Below, piece after piece: positions 60,893-64,000 of a stretch of DNA of 64,000 nucleotides. The stretch lies in the NCBI GenBank assembly GCA_964270895.1, contig OZ185450.1; one strand, 5' to 3'. The notes under the pieces were generated by a model. That model was not told the origin of the DNA. It made no database searches and saw only the letters and a program-made list of their open reading frames with translations. Numbering within the stretch: position 1 is the stretch's first letter; each line of letters begins with the position of its first letter. The translations under genes were made by a program, and so were the position numbers. The stretch comes from Podarcis filfolensis. Taxonomy: Eukaryota.

Positions 60893-62502
60893 AACTGGTA
60901 GTATTTGTCAGCTGTTAAACCAGGCATGGAGTGAGAGAAGAATGGGAAACGGCTGGATTTTGTTGCATCTTCGAGAAAATCTTTTCTCCGGCAGGCGTCA
61001 TATAAAGAGAAAGTGTACAAAGGGCTTTGCATAGCAGATGTGCAAGATTGCCTGCGAAATATTGGCAGGAAGTGCAATCCTTCTCATTCGCCCGCTGAGA
61101 GGCTGGACGAAGGAAGAAGCACCTGACGGTGTCATTTTCAAGGTGATGGAGAGGTGGCATTTTTTCCTTGTTTTGTTTTGTTTTGTTTTTGTTTTTTTGC
61201 ACATCGCTGTGCTCCATCTTTACAAAGCATCTCTTAGCTGCTCTGTTCCTTCAAATGTCATGTACCACTTTATTAGTTAGGGTGAGGGAGGCATGGGGGT
61301 GGGAGAGGCTTCTGCTTCTGAAAATGCTAAGAGACTCAGGAAAATACAGGTGATGCAAAAAGGACTCTTCGCGTCCTTCCACTGCCCCCTCAAATAGGAG
61401 CTGCTCTGACTACCTGCTGGTTGGTGGGGCTATGCCTCATTTGCTCTAATGAACCAGCCTCTACTATATCTATGTGTGTCTAAGTCCCAGTACCTTCCGT
61501 GGGTCTTTCTCTCAGGTAAGTATGTATAAGATCGCAGCCTTGTTTCCTTTTTTAAAAAGGAAAAAAAAATCAGAGCTGGCTGCTCTGACATCTTCACTCA
61601 AGCACACCTAAAATCGATGGCACTGCAGATGTTCTTTTGCTGCACTTTTCACTCGAAACCCAAAAGGTGTTTGGTTTGCCTTAAGTGGCCATTTATGAAG
61701 AAGCTATTACCTAAAATAGGGACGGGCTTATGAACAAGCAACAGGTTCATGAACAATGCGCTTGGATCAATGAAAGGAAGAAGAAGTGGGGACTACTTCT
61801 GCAAGCTGTGCAGTCTGTGTCATTTCACAAACAAGGCACCAACTTTCGTACTGGCATTGAATGGGGTCTGAGGGAATGCACAATTAAGCCCTCATCTCCA
61901 AATGTGCAACATTTGAAAACTAGTCCCGTGATTTTATGTAAATTGGCAAGTGGGGGGAGGTCCAGTGATTCAATTACCAAAACAGTGCTCAGCTGAGCAA
62001 AGCGAAACAGTGATTTGGAGTTGTGAAAAATCTATGCCTTTGAATGAGAAGGATGTGTAGGGCTGGCCCTACCATTAGGCAGAGTGGGGTGGCTGCCTGG
62101 GACAGCGAATGCTGGGAGGCAGGTAGCAAATATGAGGAATTAGATGAGACAGAGACACGATGCCATATATTGCAAATTGTTTTGGGATGTCTCATGGGGA
62201 GCAATTCATAATGAAATTAAATGTTGCTGCTTCTGCTTCTGCTACTACTTATATGCAGCCTGCCCTGCCTCCTTTAAGGTGTGGTGCAGGATGCTATCCC
62301 ATCCCCACTGTCAAAGTAAGATCCTTAAGCTGGATCTAGTTACATTAAAAAAATATTTTCAGGGAAATGTGTTGTAATCTTTATAAAGGGACATCATGTT
62401 GGTGAAAGCTGGGACTTCACAGCGCCATCTAGTGTCACAGTGTTATAACACATATAAAGCGCTTTTTCTTTACTAATGTAGCTGAGTCCTTAGTTCCCAT
62501 GG

Positions 62503-62754
62503 CAGGGGTCAGCAAACTTTTTCAGCAGGGGGCCAGACCACTGTCCCTCAGACCTTGTGGGGGGCCGGACTATATTTTGAAGAAAAAATAATGAACAAAT
62601 TCCTATACCCCACAAATAACCCAGAGATGCATTTTAAATAAAAGCACACATTCTACTCATGTAAAAACACACTGATTCCTGGATTGTCCGTGGGCCAGAT
62701 TTAGAAGGCGATTGGGCCAGATCTCTCCCCCAGGCCTTAGTTTGCTTACCCATG
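62503..62754. mobile_element. hAT MITE (same family as 53580-53905)
   Basis: Same TIRs; perfect TSD tcccatgg at 62495-62502 and 62755-62762. Confidence 0.9.
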
Positions 62755-62917
62755 TCCCATGGCTTCCGTATATGGGATGGCATGACCTCATCCTTTGCTT
62801 CAGGTACCTAAATGTCTTTACCTTGATTCTGTACAATTTGCTGTACCACACTAATGGGCAATGATGGGCCAGAAAATTTGAACATCTGGTCAGTGCACAA
62901 ACTGCATATTCCCTTTG

Positions 62918-62946
<29 letters not shown>

Positions 62947-62952
<6 letters not shown>

Positions 62953-63340
62953 TCATTCAGATGTGGGGAATTTGTTTTTTCTGATTATAATGCAAATGCT
63001 TCTGTCCCACTCTGTAAGGTTTCTTTTGCACCACAGTACCTGTTGCATCATGGAATGGTGGCTTTTTGATCCACATACTGGCATGTTGCATTAAATTTAA
63101 TTCATGCCAGTGGGCAAGGTATGACACAACAAGGAACAACATTGGGCAATGTGGCTACTCCCCCCCCCCTCCTTCCACACATGTGTGCTTCTGTTCCCCC
63201 ATGAAAATGTCAGGAAAGAACTGTATGCTGGTATACCAACTCAAATTGTGTCACTTTACTGCCATGATTTTCTGGGTTATGGGCACTGCAAATGGAGTTT
63301 TACAAAATCTAATAACATGGAAATGAGTGGTAAACATGCA
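62947..63340 (+). repeat. Old repeat family B
   Basis: Overlapping homology to both 44186-44370 and reverse-complemented 40090-40335. Confidence 0.65.
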
Positions 63341-63599
63341 CTATATTCCATCAGTTTTCTGTAAGTGACTTTTACATAATGTGAATGCTCAAATATATTG
63401 TGGAAATTAACCGTTAGGGAAATGTCCAAGCAATGGAATAAACTGCCATGCGAAATCAGCCTAAGCCTCCCAGATTTGTCATGTCACTGGTGAAATGGGA
63501 ATGCTTTTTTTGCACAGCAGTATAGTTCCAAGTCTTCTGAAAGCCTGTTCAGTCTGGCCAATGGCATGTTGGACCTGAAAATATGTAGGGTTTGGAGAT

Positions 63600-63770
63600 C
63601 AACTTTTTGCTCAGCCATGGATTTGCTGCCTTGGCTTGGGGTAGGTTTCTGCATCCCAGTCTGTCCCCTTGGTGTCAGATGGGAATAGCAAAGTTGTACT
63701 TCACAGGGTGGGTTGTGAGAATGAATGAGCAGAGGATTGTAAAACACTCCGCGCATAATTCAGTCAAAGT
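63600..63770 (+). mobile_element. Ancient MIR/CORE-SINE
   Basis: gatgggaatagcaaagttgtacttcacagggtgggttgtgagaatgaatgag..tgtaaaacact resembles the MIR core. Confidence 0.6.
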
Positions 63771-64000
63771 GGAGCATTTTAAGTCTCATTGATTTCAGTG
63801 CAAGAGATTTCAGCATGTGCATGATTCTCCCTTTGAAATTAATCAGACTCAAGCAAGTAAGAAGAAGAATCTTTCTGGAAGCATCACACAAGAATGTGTC
63901 CATTTCAGTTTTCAGATACAAATCTGTATGTGTAAAACTTTATTTCTTACCAAATTCCATGGGGGCTCCATGTTAGAACATCTGATTTGCATGCAGAAAA

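Noticed and set aside
1-64000. CRISPR arrays, operons or prokaryotic defence systems
   Set aside because: The DNA is vertebrate. The only tandem repeats are microsatellites and short local duplications (e.g. cactgtctcaaaccagt x2 at ~11702-11735), with no repeat-spacer structure.

Overview
Vertebrate, not prokaryotic, genomic DNA. The repeat content (two Sauria SINEs, a BovB tail, squamate-type CR1, L2 and L1 ends, Tigger-like and hAT MITEs) points to a squamate, probably a lacertid lizard (inference). I recognise no host protein-coding exon, rRNA, tRNA or CRISPR array. Every ORF I can assign is a transposon remnant (L1 ORF1/ORF2, L2 ORF2, CR1 ORF2); the other short ORFs look like chance. The window reads as a large intron or gene desert: unique, partly CpG-retaining blocks (candidate enhancers) separated by heavily nested transposon debris. 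Best signals: (1) a minimal type I hammerhead ribozyme motif in a Penelope-like fragment at 52391-52430; (2) an L1 that keeps ORF1 and the ORF2 C-terminus but has no room for endonuclease/RT (HAL1-like); (3) an L2-in-MITE-in-L1 nest with readable target-site duplications; (4) non-autonomous DNA transposons carrying promoter-, CCAAT-, CTCF-like and hairpin cassettes; (5) a speculative three-exon spliced ORF at 18.4-24.5 kb. Boundaries not anchored by TSDs or TIRs are approximate, and family names come from motif recognition, not database searches.
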